Part shown: positions 51,960-64,000 of the stretch, piece after piece
Layout of the letters: each line of letters begins with the position of its first letter
How positions within the stretch are numbered: the stretch's first letter is position 1
Assembly (NCBI GenBank): GCA_951406725.2
Contig: OX597814.1
Span: forward strand, 78,492,001-78,556,000
Direction of reading: 5' to 3'
DNA: 64,000 bases
Origin: Octopus vulgaris
Lineage: Eukaryota
The notes under the pieces: generated by a model
Databases searched by the model: none
The model's input: the letters and a program-made list of their open reading frames with translations, nothing else
Told to the model about the DNA's origin: nothing
Made by a program: the position numbers and the translations under genes

Positions 51960-52480
51960 CCTGATAAAGCAATCACCAACTAGCTGGTATCACTTTGCAG
52001 CAGGGATAGATAGATCTTTTAGACTCTGATTTACAGTGTCCTTAAATCTCAATTTAGATCTACTAATATTTTGATAGCCATCTGCCAGTTGCAAGAACAG
52101 GCCTTTTTTGAGAGTTTATCACCACCAAGTCTGACAATGTGGCCTGTCCAATGGAGATTTCTCTGCATCAATAGATGGTGCATAAATTGAAAGCGAACCT
52201 TGTTGAGGACTTTGGAGTTTGAGGTATGCTAAAACCATTTGATGTTCATGGTAGAATAGCTCTCAAATATCATGTGGCATCTGAGAGCCATTCAATTTGA
52301 CTTGTGCTTTGTAAAGTGTCCATGCCTCTGCACCATACATTAAAGTTGAGATGCCAATGGCTCTGTATACCATCTGGTCTTGTGCCTTTGTAATATTCCT
52401 TTGTTATCAAAAGTGAATTGATGGCTGGATTTGGTGGAGTGTCAAACAACATATTTCACATTTAGATTTGTTTGTTTTGG
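51960..52480 (-). mobile_element. Old RTE-like LINE 3' remnant
   Basis: Minus translation RNLHWTGHIVRLGGDKLSKK..KLRFKDTVNQSLK. Confidence 0.5.
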
Positions 52481-53857
52481 TTGTAAATTTTAGTCCTGCA
52501 GGGGTTGACCCTGCTTTCTAGAGTCAATAATGTAAGTATCTGTACCTTAGCTTTATATAAGCAAAACAAGGAAGCCTCTACTTCACTTGCTAGTATGATT
52601 AACAAATACTTTTACTGGCAGTGTAGCATTGAATCAAGATCTAATTTACATAAAAATATAGAAAACTTTTATTTATTTTGTTTTATCAATCATACTTATG
52701 AAAACGCAATTATGAATAGCATAAATTTTTTAAACATTTGTATTTGTATGGATTTTCTAAAGTCTTAAATCACCATCATCATAACAACCATTTTTCCATG
52801 CTTGTATGGGTTGGATGCAGTTTATTGAAGCAGGTTTTTTACAGTTAAATGCTTATTATTAGCAATCCTTACCTGTTTCTGAGTAAAGTAATATTTCCTT
52901 GTGACCAAACACATTTACACACAATATTGGAAATAAATGACATTCATTTACAGCAGTCATGCTGTATCAAAACAAGGAGACACAAACACATTTGCATGTG
53001 AACGCACCCACACACACATGACTTCTTTAATTTTCCATATGCCAGATGTACTCACAAGACTGGCTGTCCCAAGTTATAGAAGAAGACACCTTCTCAAGGT
53101 GCCATACAGTGGCACTGTACCTGAAGCCATGTGGTTGGGAAGCAAACTTTGTAACCACTCAGCCTTAAAAATTTGCAAGCACTGAGATATTTCATGCCAT
53201 GCACTGTTTATATGTAATTGGTGGCTCCAAATGTATTGTTGTTGACTTGTTTTACTATACACACCTTGTGAGCAATAGATTTTCTACACCAAACTGAAAT
53301 TTTGTTTACCAAAGGGTAAATTTATTTTGTTGAAGTACAATGCTAACATATTACTAGATAAAATAATGATGCTAAATTATTACTTTTTCACTGAACTACT
53401 AACCATGTTTATTTTTACATGACTTCATTATCATCATTTAACATCTGTTGTCCATGCTGGCATGGGTTGGACAGGTTGACCAGGGCTGGTAAGCTGAAGG
53501 GCTGCACCAGACTCCAGTCTGATTTGGCATGGTTTCTATGGCTGGATGCCCTTCCTAATGCCAACCACTCCAAGAGTGTAATGGGTGTCAGTTGCATGAC
53601 ACCAGTATCTACCACTACTGTGATTTAATTTGGTTTGATGGGTCTTCTACTCAAGCACGGTATATTGCTGAAGGTCTGTCATCTGTGAGGCTCAATGCTC
53701 AAAAGGAGCTTTCTATGTGCCACCAGCACAGGTGCTAGTTACGTGACACCTTTAAAGCTCATATTTTTTTTTTTATCTTATTTGAATTATGTACCTAATA
53801 TATCTTACATACTTTTATATAGAATTTTATATTCTTGCTTTCATTTGTGCCTTTCAG

Positions 53858-54117
53858 GAGTAACTGGAAAATTCTTCAGAGATCGAGAAGAAGCACACTC
53901 ATCTCTGGAATCTATGGATAAATCCCTGAGAACTGAATTGTGGGATGCAAGTGTGCTTTACTGCTATTTAGAGGGTAAAGTTCCACTTCCCACTGTAGGA
54001 CTGAAATTTTCTGATAATCTTCCTGTCAAGATCTCAGTAACGCCTTCTCCTGATGAGGAAACTCCAGATCTGGGAATAAAGTCTTCTCCAAAAAATCATT
54101 CTAAACTGGAGGCATGA
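53858..54117 (+). CDS. SDR coding exon 6 (terminal); spliced CDS 1068 nt, 355 aa
   Basis: ctttcag|(G)VTGKFFRDREEAHSSLESMDKSLRTELWDAS..SKLEA*; matches the G.YF.D....S..S.D..L...LW..S ending of RDH-type SDRs. Exon lengths 189+169+126+162+162+260 keep the frame. Confidence 0.9.
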
Positions 54118-57100
54118 ATATCTATATTAAAAGCCACAAGTTGTTGTTTATAATAACCATATAACCCTACCCTGATATGTTATTGTACATATTTACAAGT
54201 TTGGTTTTAGTTACCTTTTTTTTTACAGAAATAATTCTTTATTACTGTATATAGCTTTATTTTTTGGAAAACTATATCATCTTTTACACATATTGGTACA
54301 TTTCTTTTTAGCATTCTTTATTGATTTTTATTTTGTTTAACTTTATTTCTGGCATAGAGAACTCATGTGATTTCTCCTTTTTCTTTATGTGAGGACCTTT
54401 AATGTTGACTAGAGAGTTCTCAGTTTATTATTCTTTTCTCTAGAGATATTGTTAAGAAATTATTTTGACTGTTGACAATATTGATGTTCTCATAGATTCT
54501 TGTCTGTGATGTGATTCAGTTCTATTTTCCTTCCTTTATATACTGCAATTTTCCCATGTAATAGATTTAATCTCTTGCCCACTTTCATGCAACAACTTGG
54601 TGTCTGTATGCTTTGTTATGAGCATTTAGACTAAGTTTCTGGTCTGAGATCTGATATCTAAATCTTCCTCCCTACTCCTTCACCAGTTTCAGATGCCTTG
54701 TTGATAGGTCATGGGTTCTGCTATTCCTCCTTTGACCAAACCTTTTAGCAGTTCTATCATTAACAAAATGATCTCTGCATTACTATTTGAAACTTGTTGA
54801 CATTCTGTTCAGCATAAAATTTCTATGTTATTTACAGAAGACTGGGAATATAAATACCTTGTAACTCACTGGGATTTGGGGCCCTGCTAAAAATGTTATT
54901 CTGATGTAATGTGTCCCAGCAAAGCCTTCTATGTCCAAACTCAACCAGCAACAATGTGATGCACATGCTGCATGATGTATCTATGCAAGAATCAAAAGGT
55001 TATAGAGCCAATTGCCAACTTAACTACATCTTTATGTTGCTAGCATTTCAAATCCTAGGATCCTCACTAAACAACTAATCACTTCTTCTTCATGTTAATA
55101 AATCTTCAGTTACTAAAACCAAATATCAGTCTAATCCCACCGTTTAACTCATTTGTTTTAATACCAGTTTTCATTATAATTTTTAAAACAAAAACAGCCG
55201 CAAAAAAGTACTGTCTTTCTCTACATTACTACTGAACAAAATTCATAAAAATTTATTTTTCATCTAAAAAATCCTTTTCTCCTTTGATCAAAGGGAAGAA
55301 AGAAAACTCCTTAAGGTAAAAGGATAAAAGAAAAAAAATGTTTAAAAATATTTATTTCTCATTGACATTGTCATGGTGATAGTGATCCTCGTCATAATTA
55401 CATTTGTAAATATGTAAAACTATTGAGAACTTATTTTTACAAAATTTACATAATTTTTCCATATATACTCTGGATAGTATTTTATATTGTTTCAGTGAAT
55501 GTTTTTCAAATTTTGTATTATTTTTGTATTCTGTATAAGTATTTCCAACATTTTCTTAGTATTTTTTGTGATACTAATCTTATTTATAAATTAACAATTA
55601 CCATCTAACTTGTATTTTACTGGTGTAATCAATATTTCTTTTAAGCGTTCACTAGAAATGAAGAAACCTTTGATTGCTTTATATCTTGCATCAGATTATG
55701 AAATAATAATACTGTGATAGAGAGAAACCTGGATATTCATAATTAGTTTGTGGAAATAATTAGAGAAATTACAGTTAATTAGTGGAATTATATTTATGAA
55801 TCTATGGGAATGACTTCAGAATGTCTGCCTGCTCATCAAAACAGAAAAAAAAATTAATGTTTAAAACATTGTTGTTATCTTGAAACAGCCTTATATTCAT
55901 ATTATACCAAATGGAACTGATTCTTATCCTTAGACAAGGTACCTGTCTTTCATTACCTCTGCCTACTTAGCTGTAGAGAGGCACCATGCATAGTTACAAC
56001 ACTCTGTTATACTTATGACTTAAATGAAGTAATTCTTTATACATACAGCATTTATTTTACACTTTTATGTGTTAGAGTCATTTTCAAGCCACCACAATTT
56101 TTAAAAACCTAAGTGAGCTTATCATTGATTACAATAAAAATTTAGTAATAAAAGAACATTATATCCTGTTTCCAGCAGCTAATCTGTCATGAAATATCAT
56201 CAAAATACCCATTGACAGCTACTACTTTATAGTCTAGAGCAACAAACTCATTGTCTGTAACTACAGTAATACATGGTTCATATATTACACATGTAATATA
56301 CAACTAACATTTACTTTGAGGGAAAGGTTGTATGTTTTATATTGTGGCAGTAATTCATAGTTTCATTAAGTATGAAATCAGTTTATTTGAAAATGTTATT
56401 CTTGAATGTTGTAGGCTGCCAAATGGTAAAATTAAAGTAAAACAAAAGCAATGAAGCTTCTGCCAATCTCAAGTTTCTTTGCATAAATCCTTATTGATCT
56501 TTCACAATGGTAAATTGCTAATTCAGTTCGAAAGTAAATTGGAAGGGACAGCATTTATAATTATTTATTGATTTCTTCCCTCTCAGTCTTTGGATTGTCT
56601 GTCTATGGTTTATTTACACTGAGTCTGATTGGTCAGTGAATTTTGAATGTTTATGTTTGTTCAATGCCACACCCTTCCTTCACCTTTGTCTGATAGAGCT
56701 GTAACTGTTGCTCCAAGATGGTGCATTTTAGCAGAGTGTTACAATATTGGCAAATAGTTCCAGAAATGTTTGCACTCTCTAGTGTAGTCTTGGCAAATAA
56801 GTATGGCAAGTAAAATATACCATATACTCTAGGTATAATCATAGCTTATTGATAGGTAGTGTACTGAATACACACATACTTACTACATAAACATTTTAAA
56901 TAGTTTTTGTTTACTTAACAATTAAAATCTAATATCTAAGATACTGTGATTAAAACTGTAAAAAGATTCATTTTGTCTCAAAGTTGTTATATTTTATTGA
57001 TAATGAAAGCATTTTAAAATCTTTCAAAATTGCTGTTCATCATCTGGTGTTAAGTCTGCATATGGGTCTGTATAACTGTCATCCTCCTCTGTGTATCTTC

Positions 57101-57464
57101 TCAATAAATTCATTCTTCGCATCCATTGCATTTGAAATGCTACACTAAAAAATGATTTTACATTTTCTACAGAAATGGCTTCATAAAATTTTTTTTTATC
57201 AGGAAAATCCCTTAATTCATCCATTGGTGGTACACATATAGTGCTACTGTTTGCAAATGACAGTTCTACCTCTACCAGCCATTTATTTCACTTCCCACAA
57301 ATATTGTCTTCAAAAAATGTGTGGATGTTTGGTTAAGTTCTCTTTCTAACCACTGTACAGCACCTTGACCTAATGACTATCATACATAGCCTTAGCTTGA
57401 TCAATATTTTGTGAGTGAAATTAGGAAATGGAAAATATGTGGAAGCCTGTCATATATATATATA

Positions 57465-57722
57465 CTAGCGGTATCGCCCGGCGTTGCTCGGGTTTGTAAG
57501 GGAAATAACTATAAAGCATTTTTAGAGAGTTATAGCAATGTTAAACACCAGTGAGAAAACCAAGAAACTGATGTTCTTTGAACAAAGTCTCCTATGATAT
57601 TTTTTCAACACTACTCTGTAGACACTCATTTGATAAATCTGTTAGAAGCCTATGACCAATGATGTCAATAAACAGACACACAGAAACACGCACAGACAAA
57701 CTGCCGTTTATATATAGAGAGA
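57465..57722 (-). mobile_element. Small non-autonomous Helitron containing captured flanking DNA
   Basis: Minus strand A|TCTCTCTATATATAAACGGCAG ... CCCGAGC-aac-GCCGGG cgataccg CTAG|T: TC start, subterminal hairpin, CTAG end, inserted between A and T in a (TA)n tract. Confidence 0.8.
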
Positions 57723-60700
57723 TATATATATATTTCATAGATAAATATTGGAGAAGAATGTTAAACACCAGTGAGAAAACCAAGAAACTGATGTTCTTTG
57801 AACAAAGTCTCCTATGATATTTTTTCAACACTACTCTGTAGACACTCATTTGATAAATCTGTTAGAAGCCTATGACCAATGATGTCAATATTTTCCCATT
57901 GCAATATTGAATACATAAATAACTTATATCAAGAAATTGAACCACAGATATTACTTATCACATTACCTCCCCGGCATTTGTTCAGATATAGTATTGTTTA
58001 ATTGAAGTTGTTTCTTGACATTGTGTTAAATGGTATAATGTTTTTAAACCAATTAGTTGTTTTCATTGCTTTGTCTGCCAGGTCACTTCCTCCTATATAT
58101 TGTTAATTCATAAATGTTTATCAACTTCTGTATATGCAAAAAACCTGAACTTCCACTGTCCAGTAAGATTACATAAATGTATATGCATGTAAACTGAGTT
58201 TGGAAGTTTGCTGAAGGTCTATTCAATTTTAGTTTACTGTAGCAATACCAAATTAATAATCATGAAGCAAGAATGTAGCTTAGTTGATTGGTACTTTAAA
58301 ATTTTTGCTTTCATCTATGCTACAACTGTGAGTACCAACAAGAACATTAAATATAGATGATTTAGTAAATTAGCTTGTTGGCCAGTTCTGTGGTGGAGGG
58401 AGTTGATAAGTGAATGACTATTTCACTAGGTCGCATGCTGTTGGTATATATTACACTTGTAGATTGTTTACATCTCTGATACAAATATCAGATCATAGGT
58501 CCAGGCATACTGTAGACTACTAATATAGACCATATTTAATACTACAATATTAGTATTCTGTGTAAACTGTAAATTTAAAGATAAAAAGTGTTTGCTACTA
58601 AAGTACAACAAAGTTCTTACTAATAACTTTTGGTGTGGTGCTGAAGATCTTTTAGGTTACTTTTTGCAGTATGTACCCTTAGATACTGGTACATATGGTA
58701 CCAGTAACTGCTATTAAGTTTTGTTATAAAAATAATGAAGTGTAGTTCTGTTTCTAACCCTGGAGGTGTATAATGTAAGGAATAGATGATTTATGAATTA
58801 TATCGGTCAGTTGGCAGCAAGTATGCACTGAAAAAGTTTGCTCTAAATTTTAGAAAGATCGCCTTTATTTGGATTTTAATACTCGCACATTCTATGTGCA
58901 TCTAGGACCAGGCTGGCTTATTTAATGAGAATAAGCTTAAACTAGAAATTTGAGCTAAAACTTGAGATCAGCTTATGTGCCATGATTTATGGTGTGTACA
59001 CAGAAAGTGCACACAGAAATTAGTTAGAAATTAGAAATATGGTGTGCACACAGAAATTAGAGAATTTGCATGTCATATTTTAACATCTGCCAATATTTAT
59101 GTTAAAAGATTTATTACTACTGTTCTTGAGTCGTGTGTGTCCATATTTATGAAACAGAAAGTAACTTATGTCAAATCTTTATTAAACCACCACACTTTAC
59201 ATTATTTTCAAATATAATTTATTCATTTATTATTGAAACATTGCAATAAAATATCAAGAACCACATTATTTTGCATGTTTACATTCATTCACAATCATTT
59301 AAATTTCATTAACAAGATTGATGACCAGAAAGTACATTTTACAATTTCTGAAAAATGTACAAAATCACATTCAAATACAAAGAATCCATTAAAAGAAAAA
59401 CAAAAAAGCAAATTAAAGGAACTTATTAAATGAAAAAAAAAAAAAAAGAAAACCTGAAATAATTCATAAAATTTAATAAATTTCTCATCAAAATTTGGTT
59501 TAGGGAGACTTGAAGAATTGAACAAGAAGCTATCATAAGATAATATAACATAAATTCAGTAAAGAAAGAATAGTGTGCCTTACAAGGATGCCTAAAACAT
59601 CTAATTTTTCTCAAAATAATTTATTTTACATTTTGTTTTATTCTTTGAATGAACTTTTGTTAGCTCTAATTACTGCTAGTGGCTTCATAATCTAGTGATT
59701 ATTTTTGATAATTTTGAAATTTAATTAAAAGGGTAACAAATTTGTGTTTACACATTTATATATCTGGCAAGTTTTCATTGGTTAAGGCCTGAATCGTATG
59801 ACTGGTTTTTATCAAACATAGACCTATGGTGTTAATGAACAAAATACATGCTTTCTGATGACTTCATAAATTTATGTCTCAGATTATTGATTTTCTTTTC
59901 TTATATAAGCTTAATAGCTAAAGCAAATGGTAAAATGGAATGCTGTGGCATTCATATCTCTTTCCCAAGCATTAGTAGTGACTTAAGAAATATAGCAGAC
60001 TGAAAAAAATCAATCCTAGAAAATGTATGAACTATAGATTGTCAAGGGACAAAATGTGAGTCCAGCAAAATTTTAATTCAGAAAGGAGACAGTAGGTCCA
60101 CTGTATCAGCAACATACACTACTCTTAAGAGGGATACATTTAAAAATTTATTTTCTACTTTATGTAAATCCATATGACTATACCATTTCCAAAATGGATT
60201 ATTAATTTCAATTTTACTCTTTTTTTTTTTATGAAACAAAATTCTGTTTGATGGAAACTCATTCAGTTAACCAGTTTTTAAACATACATCTATAAGAGTT
60301 ACAGATAACTAAAATATTAAGTAGTTGAGTTAAGGACCAGATGTTATTACCTAGCACTCAGCTGTATTTCTAAATAGTAGTCAACCTATGTTATGAAATA
60401 GGTACCATGCTGAGGTACAATATCACAGATGTGTACAGCAAAAACACTGTATAACTGATAAGCATTTTCATTGGTTTGCAGTTAAACCTGAATTTTTTAA
60501 TGAGCAAAAATCAGTGGTAAATAATTTTTAAAAAGGGAACTGTTTTTCAACTGCTCAACACACAATGATGTGGGACAAATTGCAACTCCTTCCAGTAATG
60601 TTACTAAAAACAAAAGAGAAGTGTTTACATATAGCTTTGATAATCATTTCAAATATAAACACAGATAATACTTTAAAAAATAATTTCATCAATATTATTA

Positions 60701-63494
60701 TGCATTTACATACTTTAAAGAGCAAAAAGAAAAACCTCAAGGGCTGCGAGTTGGTAACTGTCTTCTTGGCATATGTTTGCAACTGATTGAAAGGGAAAAT
60801 TAACCATAAAAGAAGATGACTTTAATTTCTATATTGTTGCAGACAGAGTAAAAAGAGGGAAAGATTTTAATAATAGTCTGGTTTAGTTGCATGAAAACTC
60901 ATAATTAGTATTTTTACCATCATAAAATATATAAGAAAATTTTGTCTTCCAGATTTTGGTCCCTGAGAAACTTTTTTTTACAAAAATCGATAATTTGTGT
61001 GTATCTGTGGGCATCTGTAGTTAAGGACATGGAGGTGCTTGTGTCTTGCATAATACTTTGGGGTATTTTGTGCAACATTGTGTGGTATATGTATGGTGAA
61101 TGATAGTTACAGGGATTCAAAATCATATCATTAACCTCGATAGAAGGAGAAGGAAGTGGTTTATTATGGGCTAATATCACATCTCAAATAAATGAACACT
61201 TTTATGGTGTATTCTATTTTCAAGTTCTACACTATTGCATCATCAAAGACTTTGTTTTAAATTTGCTTGTACTATATTCCCAGCAAAAACATCAGTTAAA
61301 ACTTTTACTGTGAAAAGCATAAAAATTTTATCGTTCTTAACTGCAGAAAGCAGTTTTTGTTGAGGGAAGTCATGTTGAGACTATATTCTCTTGATACATG
61401 TCAATTTATTGAGGCAATGTGACTTGCACAAAAATACAAATTCTATTTTGGGGTTGATGTCATTATTACCGGAATGATCATGAAATTTAACTTTGATTTT
61501 GTATTTAGTTTGCAAGATTCTTGATGTGAATTCATGTTGAAACAGATCTTGTATCTTGGTAGGGTCATTATGCCAATAATAATAATAATAATAATAAAAA
61601 AGATGCAATTTAATTTCACGGTTGAAAATCCCACTATAGGTCCTACCTCATATGCAGTTAGGCCTCATATGAAAAAAAACTCATAATAGGTGCAAGTGTG
61701 GCAAGAAGTTTGCTTTCCAACCACATTCTTGGGCAAGTGTCTTCTATTATAGCCTCGGGCTGACCAAGGCCTTGTGAGTGGATTTGGTAGGTAGAAACTG
61801 AAGAAGCCCATCGTAATATATATATAATCTATGTATGTATTTATGTGTGTGTGCCTTTGTGTCTGTGTTTGTCCTCACTACCATTGCTTGACAACCAATG
61901 CTCGTGAGTTTACATCCCTGCAACTTAGCAGTTCAGCAAAAAATACCAATAGAATAAGTATCAGGCTTACAAAGAATAAGTCCTGGGGTCAATTTCTTCA
62001 ACTAAAAAGGTGGTACTCTAACATGGCTATAAATGACTGAACAAGTGAAAGAATAATTGTAGTAGACCAAGAAGACACTGGGAGGTGTCTTGCCCCCTAC
62101 TAAGCATACATTTAATTACAAGTGAGCATGGCACATGAGGAACTACGTTTATCTCCTCTGAATCTGGTCATGGGAGTTCAAGTTGGGCTTAAGGCTCCTA
62201 ATGAATTGGGTCTCTTCTATCTTTAGATCCATGAAATGAGTTCCCCAAGAATAACACAACAGAACCACTGGACCAAACAAAAGCCACAGTGTATGTTTTA
62301 CAGAAAAATGCTGTTTGGAATACAAAATAAACAGATTAGAAGACATACACTTAATCTCCCTGATGATGAATGTAAGTACCCAGAAAAGCATGGAAAAGGC
62401 TCAATAGTCCCAAATTACTTCCTTGCTATGTGCCAATGGGAAATAGTAGGACTTTCTTAGTAATAAGTATACTGCTGGGATTGAAAATTATAATTGTATG
62501 AGGACATGCATACAATATAAAGTGATATGTATATAAACACACACATATATGTATGTACACATAAAATGTATTATGCATATATGTACTTAAATATATGAAT
62601 AGGCATTGTTGTGTTGTTAAGATGTCTGCTTCCCATTCAAAGTCTTTTGAGTAAATTTGGTCATATATGTGTGTGTGTGTGCATGTGCTTGTGTATACCC
62701 ATGTCTTGTCACCATGGTTGTCAGTGAGCATGTTTGTTTCTAGTCTTCTGTGGGAAATATGTCTGGCCATACGAAATATTGTCTTGCTTGAAAACAGGTA
62801 TGGATTGGTGACAGGAAGGGCATCTAGCTGTAGAAAATCTGCAACAACATATTGTCTGACCCATGCAATCATGGAAAGTTGTACGTTAAATGATAATGAG
62901 GATGATGATGTGCGTATGTGTGTGTGTATATATATATATATATCTTCAGCAGTATACACACACACATACATATGTGTGAAGGCACATAGCTTCGTGATTA
63001 GGGTGTTGAACTCATGATCATGAAGTTATGGCTTTGATTTCTGGGTAAGGTAACACATTGTGCCCTTGAGTAAAACGCATAATTTTTTGCTCCAGTCTGC
63101 TTGGCTGTAAAAGAGTACCAGTCTAGTTTTACTGCAGCCTGGTGCATCTCTTTTTCTATCTGGTTGTCATACCCTGTATGTTCCCCTGGATCAGAGGGTG
63201 GGATTCACAAGAGGGTCTACGTCTGCTTGTGACTACACAGACACCTAAAACAATTTGTGAACACATGGAATAAGCTACACGGTTGTACTTGTTTATGAGT
63301 GATGCTTATGGTATGTGTGTGTGTGTGTGTATAGATATGTATAACAATTTAGCTAGGTATTAAATAACCACCTAAAGGATATTAAATATCTGAAGAATTT
63401 ACTATTTTTTTTATATCAATAACAATGTTATGAACTATTGCTCTTAATAAATAGGTAAATAAATAAAATAAACATACAGTTTATCAATATATAA

Positions 63495-63880
63495 ATATAA
63501 ATTAGAAATGGAAACCAAAACAATAAATTGAACAATTAAATAAATTTAATCAACAAATGATAAATTCAATTCAATTTAATTATTTTATTCAAACAACTGA
63601 CACATCTCATAAAATACAGCTGTTTCCACTTCATTTATAAAACCAAGTTTTTCAAGAATAATAAAATACCATTTAAATATAATGAGGCTTCATCAGATTG
63701 ACATATCTTCTTAAATATATTTCATAAAAAACTTGGTTTTATTAATGAAGTGGAAACAGCTGTAACTTGAGATATATCATTTGTTTGTATAAAATAATTA
63801 AATTGAATTGAATTTATCATTTAATGATTAAATTATTTCATTTTCAATTTATTGTTTTGGTTTCCATTTCTAATTTATAT
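63495..63880. repeat. Inverted-repeat element (~155-bp arms) with a hammerhead-like motif on the minus strand
   Basis: 63495-63652 is a diverged reverse complement of 63727-63880. Minus strand reads CTGATGA-agcctcatt..aatgaagtg-GAAA-CAGCTG-TA. Confidence 0.85.
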
Positions 63881-63910
63881 ATATACATATATATAGATAT
63901 ATATATATAA

Positions 63911-64000
<90 letters not shown>

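Noticed and set aside
54097-54117. SKL near the SDR C-terminus as a peroxisomal PTS1
   Set aside because: SKL is followed by EA before the stop, so it is not terminal.
58130-58180. Minus-strand LLDSGSS as a retroviral aspartic-protease motif
   Set aside because: Short frame bounded by stops with no adjoining gag or RT similarity; could be chance.
59170-62460. Repeat-poor tract and short ORFs as the 3' UTR or exons of a convergent gene
   Set aside because: Composition is suggestive, but no recognisable protein motif or convincing splice pair was found.

Overview
AT-rich, microsatellite- and transposon-dense eukaryotic genomic DNA. The repeat families suggest an Octopus-like cephalopod; this is inferred, not demonstrated. 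One complete protein-coding gene can be assembled by hand on the + strand: a 6-coding-exon, ~355-aa classical short-chain dehydrogenase/reductase of the RDH11-14/DHRS type (41217-54117), with a probable non-coding first exon near 33.2 kb and one non-canonical GC-AG intron. A second gene probably starts on the - strand near 9.2-10.1 kb. The rest is nested mobile DNA: two decayed Penelope-like elements, RTE LINEs (one with an 873-aa ORF; the family carries a PHD-like finger inserted after the RT core), R4/Dong- and HERO-like REL-endonuclease LINE remnants, Tc1/mariner elements, a hAT element carrying a LINE fragment, a deleted Ty3/gypsy LTR element, small Helitrons, piggyBac-type MITEs and many SINEs. 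Most notable: (i) four hammerhead-ribozyme-like motifs, two at Penelope 3' ends and two inside small non-coding inverted-repeat elements; (ii) a small Helitron whose interior is an exact 134-bp copy of DNA lying 34 bp away; (iii) a hAT/RTE chimera present in two diverged copies. Most short ORFs in the supplied track are microsatellite or repeat noise.
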